From Octopus sinensis (taxonomy: Eukaryota), in the NCBI RefSeq assembly GCF_006345805.1, contig NC_043011.1, forward strand, positions 11,098,001-11,162,000: a DNA stretch of 64,000 bases, given 5' to 3'. Below, one piece after another: positions 48,936 through 62,238 of the stretch; position 1 is the first letter of the stretch, and each line of letters opens with the position of its first letter. The notes under the pieces were generated by a model. It saw nothing but the letters and a program-made list of their open reading frames with translations, was not told the origin of the DNA and ran no database searches. The position numbers and the translations under genes were made by a program.

Positions 48936-51900
48936 ATTGAAGCTGATGCCAGTGCCACATAAAAAGTATCATTCGAGTGTGATTGATGCCAGTCCCATCT
49001 GACTGGCCCCCGTGCCAGTCACACTTGAAAAGCACCCACTACACTCTCGGAGTGGTTGGTGTTAGAAAGGGCATCTAGCAGTAGAAACGTTGCCAGAACA
49101 GACTGGAGTCTCACTGCAGCCTCCTGGCTTGCCAGTCCTCACAAACTATCCAACCCATGCCAGCATGGAAAGTAGATGTTAAATGATGATGATGATGTAT
49201 AATGATATATATATATAATTATGATAGATTGTTACCCATTCAATGTTTAGGTAAACTTTGTCACCCACTCACTCTCTAGCCACACAAAAATGAAACACAT
49301 TTCGTCGCCAAATATTGCAAGGGAAAATCTATTTGAGATTATCATACATATTATAACCAGGCGCAGGAGTGGCTGTGTGGTAAGTAGCTTGCTAACCAAC
49401 TACATGGTTCCAGGTTCAGTCCCACCGCGTGGCACCTTGGGCAAGTGTCTTCTGCTATAACCCCGGGCCGACCAATGCCTTGTGAGTGGATTTGGTAGAA
49501 GGAAACTGAAAGAAGCCTGTCGTATATATGTATGTGTTTGTGTGTCTGTGTTTGTCTCCCTAGCATTGCTTGACAACCGATGCTGGTGTGTTTACGTCCC
49601 AGTCACTTAGCGGTTCGGCAAAAGAGACCGATAGAATAAGTACTGGGCTTACAAAAAATAAGTCCCGGTGTCGATTTGCTCGACTAAAGGCGGTGCTCCA
49701 GCATGGTCGCAGTCAAATGACTGAAACAAGTAAAAGAGTGATTTTAAGAGGTATGAAAAAGATATTTTTGTTTTAATATACTTTTCCTTATTCCATACAC
49801 ATACACAAACTAACGTGTTTTTTTTTTTAGGTTAATTTTTTTTTATCATTCTTGATCTCTCGACTGACTTCGGTACCACTCTAACTTCTATAACCTCTGC
49901 ATTTTCACTTATTCATTTCAAACTTCTTTGAATTTTCAATCTAATGTAATCCACACTCTCTTGAAAACGTATTTCTGCAAAATGTTATCTAAAAATATGG
50001 GGAAAGAAAGAAATAGAAAAATTCTTAGATAATGGGGATGAGGGTGAAATTTCCGAGGGTTCCATCCCACCCAACCACGTTTTCCGGACCCCCCAAAAGG
50101 GTTTTGTAGCATATTAGGAAGGTCACCGGAATTCAGTCAACGAAAAAAAAAGTTTCCAATGATTTCAGGATATGAGGGGGCGTGTGTCTGGTTTCCCACC
50201 CCGCCCTTTTCCGAACAAAAATAAGAGGTTTGCAGCATCTTACGTGGCCAGGGTATTTGATTCCATGCAAAAAATCCGAGTTTTTTTTCTTAGCGAAAAT
50301 CGTGCGAGTAAAAAGATCAATGGGGGTGAAATTTTCAAGGCTTCCATCTCACCCCACCCCGTTTTCCGGAACCCCAAAAGGGTTTTGTAGCATATAAGGA
50401 GGTCACCGGAATTCATTCAACGAAAGAAAAAAAAAATTCCAAGAATTCCGGGATGTAGGTGGGGGTCCGGTCCCCCCACTTTTTTCCGAACAAAATTAAG
50501 GCATTTGCAGCATATTAGGAGGTCAGGGTACTTGATTCCACGCAAAAGATCCGAGGTTTTGGCGAACCTTCGGTATATGTACCGGATACATTTCAAGAAA
50601 TTTGTGGTGGACCTGAGCACTGTATACAATAATTTCATTATTATTTAAAGTGTTTTTATATATGGGGGGGGGGGGTAGAGGTGGGAGAAAAGGGTGTCTG
50701 TTATCTTCAGAAATGTAAAGTTTTTTCTTAGTGAAAATCGTGCGGTGAAAGAATTGAATAATACTTTTTTTAAAAAAACAGAAACCCATATTTTCATCTC
50801 GGATCATTTTCTGATACAAGTTACCGCCCCTTGTCCAACCTGTTTGTTTAGATTCACGCCTGCCCGTTTTCCGTTTACTCTTTCACGTGTTTCAATCATT
50901 TGACTGTGGCCATACTGGAGCACCCCAGGACTTGTTCTTTGTAAGCCTAGTACTTATTCAAACGGTCTCTTTTGCCGAACCAATAAGTTACGGGGACGTA
51001 AACACACCACCATCGGTTGTTGGGGGAACAAACACAAATATACGACGGGCTTCTTTCAGTTTCCGTCTACCAAATCCACTCACTCGAGGTTATAGTAGAA
51101 GACACATGCCCAAGGTGCCACGCAGTGGGACTGAACCCAGAACCATGTGGTTGGTAAGCAAGCTACTTACCACACAGCCACTCCTGCGCCTCTGTTTTAA
51201 AATAGATTAATCTTCCTAATTTTTTTGTATACTTCATTTATTTTGGATATATTTCCTATTTTCATAATTTTTTTTTTTAGATTTCCTTGGAGAGGTACGC
51301 TTCTAAAGAAGCGCGGGAATACCTTTCAAACGGCAAACATTACGATTATAAAGAAATTTGTGGGTAAAATCTCTTCCAAGAGGGTGGGGAGAGGACCTCA
51401 GAAAATTCACAAGATCCGAGTTTTTCCCTTGTAACTGTTAGGAAAATGTTTTTTCTTGTATTAAAATTTTGTTTGAATTCTTTTCAAACAGCATACATTA
51501 CGATTATAAAGTAATTATTTTTTGCATATTCGTAATCTCCGACATCTAAAACGCAGGAATCCGAAAAAAACAAACAAACAAAAAGAGGTGGGGTACATAT
51601 TCAAAACTTCTACCAAATCTTCCTATTAATACATGTCTTTTAAAACGACGTATTTGGAATATAAGAATGGGGCGAACCTTCGGTATAAGTACCGGATACA
51701 TTTCAAAAAAAGGGTCTTTTTATATGGGGGGGGGGAAGGGTTTCTGTTATCTTCAGAAATGTAAACAAAGTCACGTGTGTACGGAGTGGCTGTGTGGTAA
51801 GTAGCTTGTTTAGCAACCACATGGTTCCGGGTTCAGTCCCACTGCGTGGCACCTCGGGCAAGTGTCTTCTATTATAGCCTCGGGCCGACCAAAGCCTTGT

Positions 51901-51990
51901 GAGTGGATTTGGTAGACGGAAACTGAAAGAAGCCCGTCGTATATATATATGTATATATACGCGAGAAAGAAGCAACAAGAATGGATAGGT

Positions 51991-52081
51991 TTTTAGTACA
52001 ATCGTTTCATACAAGGACAGGCTTTATTAAAAGTTGTAAAAATTACAGCATATAAACGTGTCCCGTACTCATCAGCTAAAA
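51991..52081 (-). ncRNA. Type I hammerhead ribozyme (left arm)
   Basis: Exact inverse of 52447-52537. Confidence 0.75.
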
Positions 52082-52446
52082 TACATGTGAGTTCTCTAGA
52101 CATCCTAGTGGTTGAGGCTATACTCATGAAGTAATGTAGATAATTAAGTAACATATAACTAATAAGCAGGAATTGAGACCCACCTCGTTGTGATTAACAA
52201 TGGATAAATTTGTCTTCTGTGAGTATGTAATCCCTCATCATATCTCTGGAAATTCATATGTGCTCTATGGATTAGGTCACCTTCTCTGTGATGCTATTAG
52301 AGCTTTTTTAAAATTCTGTGATAAGACTGTACATCATCTTTAAAGAACTTTAATGAACTTTGGAAATCTGTTTATGTTACTTAATTATCTACATTACTTC
52401 ATGAGTATAGCCTCAACCACTAGGATGTCTAGAGAACTCACATGTA

Positions 52447-52537
52447 TTTTAGCTGATGAGTACGGGACACGTTTATATGCTGTAATTTTTACAACTTTTA
52501 ATAAAGCCTGTCCTTGTATGAAACGATTGTACTAAAA
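52447..52537 (+). ncRNA. Type I hammerhead ribozyme (right arm)
   Basis: TTTTAG-CTGATGA-GTACGGGACA..TGTCCTTGTAT-GAAAC-GATT-GTA-CTAAAA; predicted cut after A52531. Confidence 0.75.
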
Positions 52538-52686
52538 ACCTATCCATTCTTGTTGCTTCTTTCTCGCTTATAATCACCCCACATTACTGTATTGTTAAAA
52601 CAGTATAGTTTTTTTTGGTGCATCTAAGTTAGGTACCATATTCAAGTAAATTCATTTAAATTAACTTGAATCTTTATTGCTTTTTG

Positions 52687-52757
<71 letters not shown>

Positions 52758-53534
52758 AGTCAGTATATCTGTGTTTGTCCCCCCAACATCGCTTGATGCT
52801 GGTGTGTTTATGTCCCCGTCATCCTAGCCGTTCGGCAAAAAGAGACCGATAGAATAAGTACTGGGCTTACAAAGAATAAGTCCCGGGGGAGGGGGGCGAG
52901 TTGCTCGATTAAAGGCGGTGCTCCAGCATGGCCGCAGTCAAATGACGGAAACAAGTAAAAGAGTAAAAAAAGTATATACCGAAGGTACGCCTAAGAATGG
53001 TATAATCACAAAACATCTCAGCTTGGGTGCAGGTTCTTAGTTCAAATCCCGCCGAGGTCGACTTTACCTTTGCCGTTGCTAAAATAAATATCAGCTGATG
53101 TAATTTACTTCTCTCTGTCACAGCATGTGGCTGAATATACGACAACGAGGCTGAGATTTCAACCAATCAGGAGAGCGCTATTTTTTTTTAAGTTTTGAAT
53201 GTCTAAAAGTCAGAAAACGTTTTGATCGCTATTGACAATTAGGACTGTAGTAATATTGTGCGCGCGAGAGGATTATATCTATATCTATATACCCATGTAC
53301 ATATATTTCTCATCAAGAAATGCAGGTAATGATGTTTTCAGATACTTTAACTTTAAATGTTGTGCGTATGTATTTAATTTCATCTTTCATTTTCCGTCTC
53401 AAACTATTTGTTTTATTCTCACATATTTACGTTTGTTTTCTGCCTATGTATATGCTTCGCGTATCCACACATTTATGTCTGTTTATATATACATATATAC
53501 ATACACGATATATATAAATATATATATATATATA

Positions 53535-53622
<88 letters not shown>

Positions 53623-53814
53623 CTCTTTTACTTGTTTCAGTCATTTGACTGCGGAGAACCGCCTTTAGTCGAGCAAATCGACCCCGGGACTTATTCTTTG
53701 TAAGCCCAGTACTTATTCTATCGGTCTGTTTTGCCGAACCGCTAAGTGACGGGGACGTAAACACACCAGCATCGGTTGTCAAGCAATGCTAGGGGGACAA
53801 ACACAGACACACAA

Positions 53815-53847
<33 letters not shown>

Positions 53848-54029
53848 CAGAAGCCTGTCGTATATATATATATATATATATATATATACGACAGGTTTCT
53901 TTCAGTTTCCGTCTACCAAATCCACTCACAAGGCATTGGTCGGCCCGGAGCTATAGCAGAAGACACTTGCCCAAGATGCCACGCAGTGGGACTGAACCCG
54001 GAACCATGTGGTTGGTTAGCAAGCTACTT

Positions 54030-56020
54030 TATTTTATATAATTTGCCACTAGGGCAGCACACAGAGTAGTAGCTACGGGCTGGACAAGGACATTAATGGA
54101 TGATGATGGTGGTGGTGGATGAAGATGGTGATGGGAGAAGTCAAAAGCGCCTGCCGACTTTCGCTTCTCTAAAACAATGTTCAATAATTACATTTAATGC
54201 ACAAAATGTTCACAATGATTCAAATTACATATTTTAGAGGAGGCAATAAACCTCCTCTTCAACATGTTACAAGAATGTTCAACAATTCTCCCCGTCAGGT
54301 CCCCGAAGCAAATTGTCTTGCCGCCTGCAGACAACTCTGCGACGACAAGTTGGGGCCTGCAAAGAGAAAAGTAAAATGTTTCCTCTCAAAGGTCTCTGCG
54401 ACCCTTGACAAAATATCTTCCGTTACTTTTTCCGCAGCTACCCGCGGAGGCCATAACGGACTCCTTGAGCCGACCGTGCCCTTTCGTTCTCGGTCACCCG
54501 AGCCATTCAAAAACCTTTCCACCTCCTCTCCCTTGTGGTAAAGGAGGAGAAGCATCTCCTCTTCACAGGAAGGGACCTCACACTGCTCCGTCAGTGGCAC
54601 ACTTCCCACTGGCGGAGCCTTGTCCGCGGGTGGCACACATCCCACCCGCGGCTCCGTCGGCGACACAGAAACGTCAGTCGTCCGACCTCTCCTTTTTCTC
54701 CTCCTTCTTTTGGGGGAGACTGCTGACCCAAGGGACTCCGTCACCAGACACGGGGGATCGCTATCCCCCTCCGCCACCTGAGCGTTCTTTGGCGGGCAAC
54801 CATTGTTGCTCGCCTGTCTCTTTCTTTTCGTGGAGGCAACCTCCTCCACGACTTCCACCGTCTCCCCCTCCTATGAGGGGGCGGCGGGCGCCTTTTCCCC
54901 TTTCTGCTCCAGGGCACCACCACGGCCCCCCGGGACAATTCCTCCTGATATGTCCGGGCTTCAGGCACAGGTGACACTTGGGGGGGGGCGACCCTCGAGT
55001 ATCACCGGGTACCTGTGCCCAGCCATTCTCAGGAAGTCCGGGAATTTCATTTCTCCCACGGCCACCGGTGTCCACAGGGTCAAAGTTGCCTTTGACCCCT
55101 CCCAGGCGACCGCGGGAGCCATTTTCACACTTAGTAGCCTGGGTCCGCCATCCCCCAGGCCTCGCCGGATGGTCTTCTCGATCCATTCCGCCTCCGTGCC
55201 CGGGGGCAGCCCACAAACCCAGGCTCTTTTTACTTTTCTGTCACAATACGAGGGGAGGAACAAAATTTCCTCTCCCTCCAGTGGCTCGCTAGCAAATCTG
55301 CTAGCTTCCTCGGGGGTATTAAACAGCAACCACACCGTTGCAAATTTATTCCCCCGAGAAATAAACTTTATCGTTGGTAGGTGGTCCCCCAACTCTTTCT
55401 CTATGGTGCTCCTGTCGAAGAGGGCGATAGCTCCACGCGACCTAGAATAGGTTCGTAAGACCACCGTCCTCTTCTCAAGACTTTCAATCCACTGCTTGGA
55501 TGGGACAACCTCCCATTCCAAAGCAGTGGTTTCTTTTGTTGCCATGATTTTGAAAAAAGTTAATAAGAAAAAAAAACACAATGACAGAACGGAAAGACAG
55601 AACAGAGAAAGGGACGAAGGAAGACAGTTCAAATAATGGCAACACAGTTCTGCAACTGGTAATCCTCACGAAACAGGGTACCCCTAGTTGCAGCACAATT
55701 GGTTCTCCGTGGTAAATCCAAGCGAACAAATTAATTTTTGAGGAGGGGCTATGCCTCTCAAAACACACAATTCTCACTAAAAGGTGAGACAATAAATATG
55801 CCAACAGGCAGAACAAATACCTCCGAAGCAAAGTGAAGCTTGTTACGTGCAGAAAAGTGTTAACACTAATTAACATTAATGCCAAAAAAGTATCAACGGC
55901 AAGCAACAAACCTCACTGTGCTTCCAAAAATATCCAAAATGTCCTACCTGTTGCCATAAAATGTTCAATAATTCACGTTAACACGTGACATTTGCCGGAG
56001 CAAAAAACAACACGTCTGTC
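54030..56020 (-). mobile_element. ORF1-only L1/Tx1-like non-LTR element (HAL1-like) inserted in a SINE head
   Basis: ~17-bp TSD TGGT(T/A)AG(C)AAGCTACTT; A-rich 3' tail; ORF1 from MATKETT (~55545) with an RRM-like region and the knuckle CHLCLKPGHIRRNC; no RT. Confidence 0.75.
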
Positions 56021-56584
56021 TGGTAAGAAGCTACTTACCACACAGCCACTCCTGCGCCTATACACATATATATATATTTCAACAACATTGAGGAATATAA
56101 GGGTAGTAAAAAATTCAATAGAAATTTTTTGCCACTAGCGGTCTAGTGAGAAAGAGAAAATAGTCAAAGACTATGTATATAATTTCAACAACATTGAGGA
56201 ACGGCCCCGATAGGCCATTCGACCCACTAGAAAGAGCAGCCAAGACTCAAACCGCTAAATAGTAGTAATTCAGAAATTTTCCTTTAATTTTGCCATCACT
56301 ACAACAGCAGATAGTATTAATTGGCTTAAGAGACATGGACTTTTAAATACCCAGAAAATATGTACATCGTGTGGAGCTTGCATGAGGGAAGTAGCTAAAA
56401 AAAATTTGTCGGATGGAGTGATATGGTCATGTGGAAGGCCTTGTAGAAAAATGGTTTCAATTAGAAAAGGAACATTTCTAGAAAATAGTAAATTGAAGTG
56501 TGAACAAATTATTGAAAGGTACTAGTAGCGTAGACTGGACCCGGTTTGCGCAGACGCGCGTCTGCACTAGCCAGATGTAGGCAG

Positions 56585-56628
<44 letters not shown>

Positions 56629-56780
56629 AGTAGGTGAATGAATTATCCTATGTTTATCGTCAGCATGGAAAATTCGTTTAACCGAAACCTGGGTAGCAAA
56701 TTCACGTCAGAAACACGGTTGAAGCAACCTGTCAAGGGTAGAAACTCCGGGTTCATGTGCAGAAATTTGTGTGTTGTATA

Positions 56781-57277
56781 TGAATAAATGAAAGAATGGA
56801 GTCGAACGAAGATGTTAACAAAATTCCTTTACTCTCGACATATGTTTCGAAGACAACACTCATATAAATGATAACGATAGTCACTGTGGTTTGAACAATT
56901 AGCTTTACGTACACCCCACTTCTATAGAGAAATTCTTTCCTAAGCCTTCTTTCAATCAACGTACCCTTCCCTCTCCACTTGTTCCCTACCTATTATTCCT
57001 TTAACCCTTCTCTTCCTACTATCTATCTTTGACGTCAATTCTTCTAACGGTTTTTAAAAAAAAAACACTCATTATCGCTTTGTTTACCATATAGGCAGTC
57101 ATCGAAATTTTTTGTTTGTCTTTTTGTCGAGAGAGGCTCCCTTTCTTTCCTGATGAGAAGTCTGCATAATGCACCCTTTATTCCTTTGGAATGAAAACAT
57201 GATGTCTTCGAAACATATGTCGAGAGTAAAGGAATTTTGTTAACATCTTCGTTCGACTCCATTCTTTCATTTATTCA
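56781..57277. mobile_element. Foldback element with 75-bp perfect arms
   Basis: 56781-56855 is the inverse of 57203-57277; the left arm stops in hammerhead stem II. Confidence 0.82.
57145..57226 (+). ncRNA. Canonical type I hammerhead ribozyme
   Basis: CTTTC-CTGATGA-GAAG..CTTC-GAAAC-ATAT-GTC-GAGAG; palindromic loop; predicted cut after C57221. Confidence 0.82.
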
Positions 57278-58379
57278 CACACATATATATATATATGTGT
57301 GTGTGTATCATGTGTGTTTGTTGATATATCTATGATTTGCGTGCGATCCTACAGAACGTGACTGGAAATTATCTTATGTGCCAAAGCCCTAATTTCTCCG
57401 GATGTGTGTTTGAAGCATCGAATCCGTGAAAGAAAAAAAAACACGAGTAAATAAACTTAACTACTTGTTTTGGGATGTCGGGCGGGCAGAATCGCCATCT
57501 ACGGCAGTGGCCAGGGAACAAAATTTGTTTAGTGGGTGCAAACCCAGGTCCAAATTTTCTTACGGGAAATGTGGATTTTTTCAATGTTAATATTAAAACA
57601 AGAGGTGGGGAGGGGTGAAATTAAAATTTTTTTCCTTTACATATTCGTAATCTTCGACATCTAGAACGTAGGAATTCGAAAATCTTTTTTCAAAAAGAGG
57701 TGCGATTCTGCATTAGCCTCATATTTTGTATATTAAAATGTTTAATTTCGGAAATATATCAAGCGAAGCAAACATAAGCAGTAAAAATGCAAATTGTAAG
57801 TATTTCAAAATGTAGGACACTACATGACGAAAACTAACAAAAAAGAAAGAAAATAGTGGTACTTGTGTTCCAAAGGTACTATGAGAAGGCCCTGAGAAGG
57901 ATAGAATGATAGGATTGAAGGGAATAAAAATAGAAAGAAAGAAAAGAACGAAAAGTGAAAAGATAAACTAGGGGTCTGCAGTGAATGCTGGGCAGAAGAT
58001 GAAACAATACATGACTTACCTACGCACTGGTCAAGTAGAAAAAAGATGAATGATAAAAAATTGGATGGTCTTTTGGTACCAAAAAGTGAAGAAAGAGAGA
58101 CAGAATGGAGTAGAAAAGGTTGGAGAAGAGCAAGTACGAAGAAAGATGGAGTGCAGAGGAAAAAGGAATAAAGATAGACAGTAGGTAATTGACAGATGGA
58201 CAGAGGAAGAAATGGATGGTAGTAAAAAGAGAAAGGCAGCAGATAGAAATAGATGGGGGAAAGTTTTACACACAAGAGTGGAGAGGAGGAAAGAAATGGA
58301 TTGAAAAGAGAAAATCTTGCACCAAATATTGAACAGAAGTGGGGCGGGGTGACATTACATTGACTAATAACCATAAAAT

Positions 58380-59790
58380 GTTGCACAGAAAAAGCTGATT
58401 GAGTTCCTTGAGGACAATGACCTGCTCTCTGACACCCAACATGGCTTTCGCCCGGGAAGGAGCTGTCTTACACAGCTTCTGCGACACTATGACTGGGTAC
58501 TGAAGCAATTAATGAACTGCTCAAAGGTGGATGTGGTATACCTCAAGTTTGCAAAGGCATTTGACAAGGTCGACCATGGAATGATATGTCACAAAATACG
58601 GGGACTCGGCATCACAGGTAAAGTTGGAGAGTGGCTGCATGATTTCCTGAAGGATAGGAACCAAACCGTAGCAGCCAAGGGAGCTCTCTCCACAGAGACA
58701 CCAATAGTGAGTGGAGTGCCTCAGGGCACTGTGCTGGGGCCACTACTTTTCATAGTAGCCCTATCGGATCTGCCATCAGTGACAGGGGCAGTCATGCTTA
58801 CCAGCTGTGCCGACAACACAAAAGTCACAGTCAGTCAAGGAAACCTCTGATGCTACGCTCTTACAGAAAGATCTAGATGCCATCTATACATGGGCTGAGG
58901 ATAACAACATGCAATTTAATGCAAGTAAATTCCAGGCCCTCCACTACCAGTTAAGCACTGCTCAGGAATCACGTCATCAGTATGTTGGACCAAGTGGCGC
59001 AATGATCTCAGAATCAAATACAGTGCGTGATCTTGGAATAGAAATGAGCAACAATGCCTCATTTCACACACATAACAACAAAATGGTAGCAGTATTCAGA
59101 AGACTGGCCGGTTGGATTCTGAGAACCTTCTGGACAAGGGACCAAGAAACTATGATAACACTATGGAAGTCATTTATCCTCAGCCGACTGGACTACTGCT
59201 CTCAGCTATGGTCACCTTATACTACAAGGACGATAGCTGAGCTTGAAGCAGTCCAACGACATTACGCAAAGAAAATTGCATCACTGGAATGATTGAGCTA
59301 CTGGGACAGGTTGAAAGAGCTGCGACTCTATTCCCTGGAATGAAGGCGGGAGAGGTATGCAGTGATATATATATATATATGGAAGATACTGGAAGGACGG
59401 GTACCAAACTTTGGAATAACGAGCTACACCAGACCACGAACAGGACGCCACTGTGCTGTCCCCACTGTGCCGACCCCACTGTGCCGACTGCTTCATCTCG
59501 GGCAAGGACGATGTACAGCAATAGTTTGGGTTTCAAGTGCCCACAGCTGTTTAACTGTCTGCCGAAGCATCTGAGGAGTTTCCATGGAGTGGAGATTTTC
59601 AAATGTGAACTTGACCTCTGGCTCGCTGAGATCCCAGATGAGCCAATATCTAAGCAAGAAACTCAAAAGAGAGCAGTAGCATCGAACTCCATCCTTGAGC
59701 AAAAGCCGCTCCGACAAAGGTGGAAAGTGGAAAGATGATTACAATGGTGGTACTCCAGCATGGCCACAGTCATTAGACTGAAACATATAA
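58380..59790 (+). mobile_element. CR1-like LINE, 5'-truncated (RT plus 3' end)
   Basis: QHGFRPGRSCLTQLL, AKAFDKVDH, SGVPQGTVLGPLLF and SRLDYCSQLWSP motifs; frameshifted. Confidence 0.92.
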
Positions 59791-60171
59791 AATATATATA
59801 TATCATCATCATCATCATCGTTTAGCGTCCGCTTTCCATGCTAACATGGGTTGGACGGTTCAACTGGGGTCTGGGAAGCCAGAAGGCTGCACCAGGCCCA
59901 GTCTGATCTGGCAATGTTTCTACGGCTGGATGCCCTTCCTAACGCCAACCACTCTGTGAGTGTAGTGGGTGCTTTTTACGTGCCACCTGCACAGGTGCCA
60001 GACGAGGCTGGCAAACAGCCACGATCGGATGGTGCTTTTTATGTGCCACTGGCACGGAGGCCAGTTGGGGCGGCGCTGGCAACGGCCACATTCGGATGGT
60101 CCACTTATGTGCCACCGGCACTGGTATCACAGCTACAATTTCCATTGATGTTATATATATATGTATATAAT

Positions 60172-60385
60172 ATATAAATTAGAGAAAAACCACTATTATG
60201 TAATTCAAACAATGATAGACATAAGCCATATCATATAGAAAAAATAATAATACTTATTCATTTTTTTGTACTTTTTGTAATCTAGATATATGTTTTATAA
60301 AAATATATCTTATTTTTTATTTATGATTTGGTTTATGTCTATCATTGTTTGAATTACATAATAGTGGTTTTTCTCTAATTTATAT
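60172..60385. repeat. AT-rich foldback with ~60-bp arms
   Basis: ATAAATTAGAGAAAAACCACTATTATGTAATTCAAACAATGATAGACATAA and its inverse. Confidence 0.8.
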
Positions 60386-60476
60386 ATATTATATATTTAT
60401 GTTGTGAAATTTGATTTACTACTAAATTGAATTTTTCCCTGTAAGTTTGGAGTTATACTCCCTAACATTATTATTA

Positions 60477-60526
<50 letters not shown>

Positions 60527-60727
60527 GTTGCTGATTTCAAATCTGTGAGAGAGATTCACATAGTAACAGTACTAAACAGTAAAAGCTGTTGTCACATTTT
60601 GTGTGGCTGCTCTATGCAGAACATATGTTACTATATCTTAACCCCAGGAAAATGTCCTTTCCTTGCTGGCTAATGACACACAACCTGTGTCCGTTTTATT
60701 GCAAGCAAGGGAGCAAGCAACTATATA

Positions 60728-62218
60728 TTAGGGTCATCCCATAAACAATGTGGTTTTTTTCAATTGCATTAACTAAAAGTCGGAGGGGGATGGGATAAAC
60801 TACCTGCATCAACCTGCTATGAAAGCAGGTTGTAATTTTATCTTGTACTTATTCTTAGTGCAAGTTTTGAAGAGTGCAGTTCGACTTTAACAGCTATTCA
60901 TTGAAAGCTATAATCATCATCATCATCATTTAGCGTCCGCTTTCCATGCTAGCATGGGTTGGACGGTTCAACTGGGGTCTGGGAAGCCAGGAGTCTGCAC
61001 CAGGCTCAAGTCTGATCTGGCAATGTTTCTATGGCTTGATGCCCTTCCTAACGCCAACCACTCCATGAGTGTAGTGGGTGCTTTTTACGTGCCACCGATA
61101 CAGGTGCCAGACGGGGCTGGCAAACGGCCACGGTCGGATGGTGCTTTTTACGTGCCACCGGCACGGGGGCCGGGCAAGGCTGGCAACGGCCAATGGAAGT
61201 GACAAAGGAGCATATCTGGCATATTTTGCTTTATGAGTTCAATACAGGCAATAATGCAACAGAAAGTGTGAGGAATATTAATGCAGTATATGGGGATTGG
61301 ACAATAAGCGTAAGCCAGTGTCAATGGTGGTTCCAGAAATTCCAAGCCGGAAACTAGAACCTTAGAAGAATGTGTCTTGTCCTGGAAAATCTGTAGAGCT
61401 TGTCGGGGATGTCCTGCAAACCCTGGTGGAACAAAATCCCATTATAACTGTTGAGCAGAGAAGCTTGGATTTGGTCCTTCAACCATTCATCAACACCTGC
61501 GTGCCATCAGAAAAGTCAGCAAATTGGGTTAATGGGTTCCTCACGAACTATCTCAGTTTAATCGTGTGCTCTTTGCTGAAAAGTCTCACGAATGAACCTT
61601 TGAACCGAATAGTGACTGGTGATGAGAAATGGGTTCTCTATAAAAATGTCAAGCGCCGAAGACTAAAGAAAGTCTTCACCCACGTAAGGTGTTGTTATCT
61701 GTTTGGTGGGATATGAAAAGTTCAGTTAACTTTGAACTTTTAAAACCAAACGAAACGATAACAAAGGAGATCTACTGTGAGTAGCTTGAGTGGCTTAAGA
61801 AAAATGGTCATCTTTGGTTTCATGACGAAAGGTGTTCTTCCATCAGAATAATGCTCGGCCACATAAAGTGAGGATGACGTTCCAAAGGCTGGAGCAGTTT
61901 GAATGGGAAACGAGGCCCTGCCCACCATATTCGTCAGATATTTCCCCATCTGATTATCATTTATTCCAAATTCTTCAAAATCATTTGGATGGAAAAAATA
62001 TGAATTCTGTAGACAAGGTCGATATAGTACTGGAGGAGTATTTTTCACCACAGATAAGTGAATTTTGGAAGAGTGGCCTTGCAAGTCTGCCAGATAGATG
62101 GACGAGCATTGTAGAAAATGAAGGAGAGTATATTTTAGAATAAAAAATAACTTTTATTTATCTTAATTTTGAAAAACAAAAGTATAAAAAAAAGTGCATT
62201 ATTTATGGAATGACTCAA
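60728..62218 (+). mobile_element. Degenerate mariner (Hsmar1-like) interrupted by an RTE-tail SINE
   Basis: TA flanks and imperfect TIRs; MEVTKEHIWHILLYEFN, IVTGDEKWVLY, FHQNNARPH and PPYSSDISPSDYHLF motifs. Confidence 0.88.
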
Positions 62219-62238
62219 TATATAGCTATGTACATATA

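Larger units (their letters stand above)
51961..52567. mobile_element. Foldback element with ~195-bp perfect arms, each with a full hammerhead
   Basis: 51961-52154 is the inverse of 52373-52567; sits inside the (TA)n of SINE 51783-52970. Confidence 0.88.

Noticed and set aside
54405-55450. Plus-strand proline-rich ORFs
   Set aside because: Antisense frames of the GC-rich ORF1 element.
57820-58386. 188-aa hydrophobic ORF
   Set aside because: Translation of a purine-rich low-complexity tract with no splice or family support.
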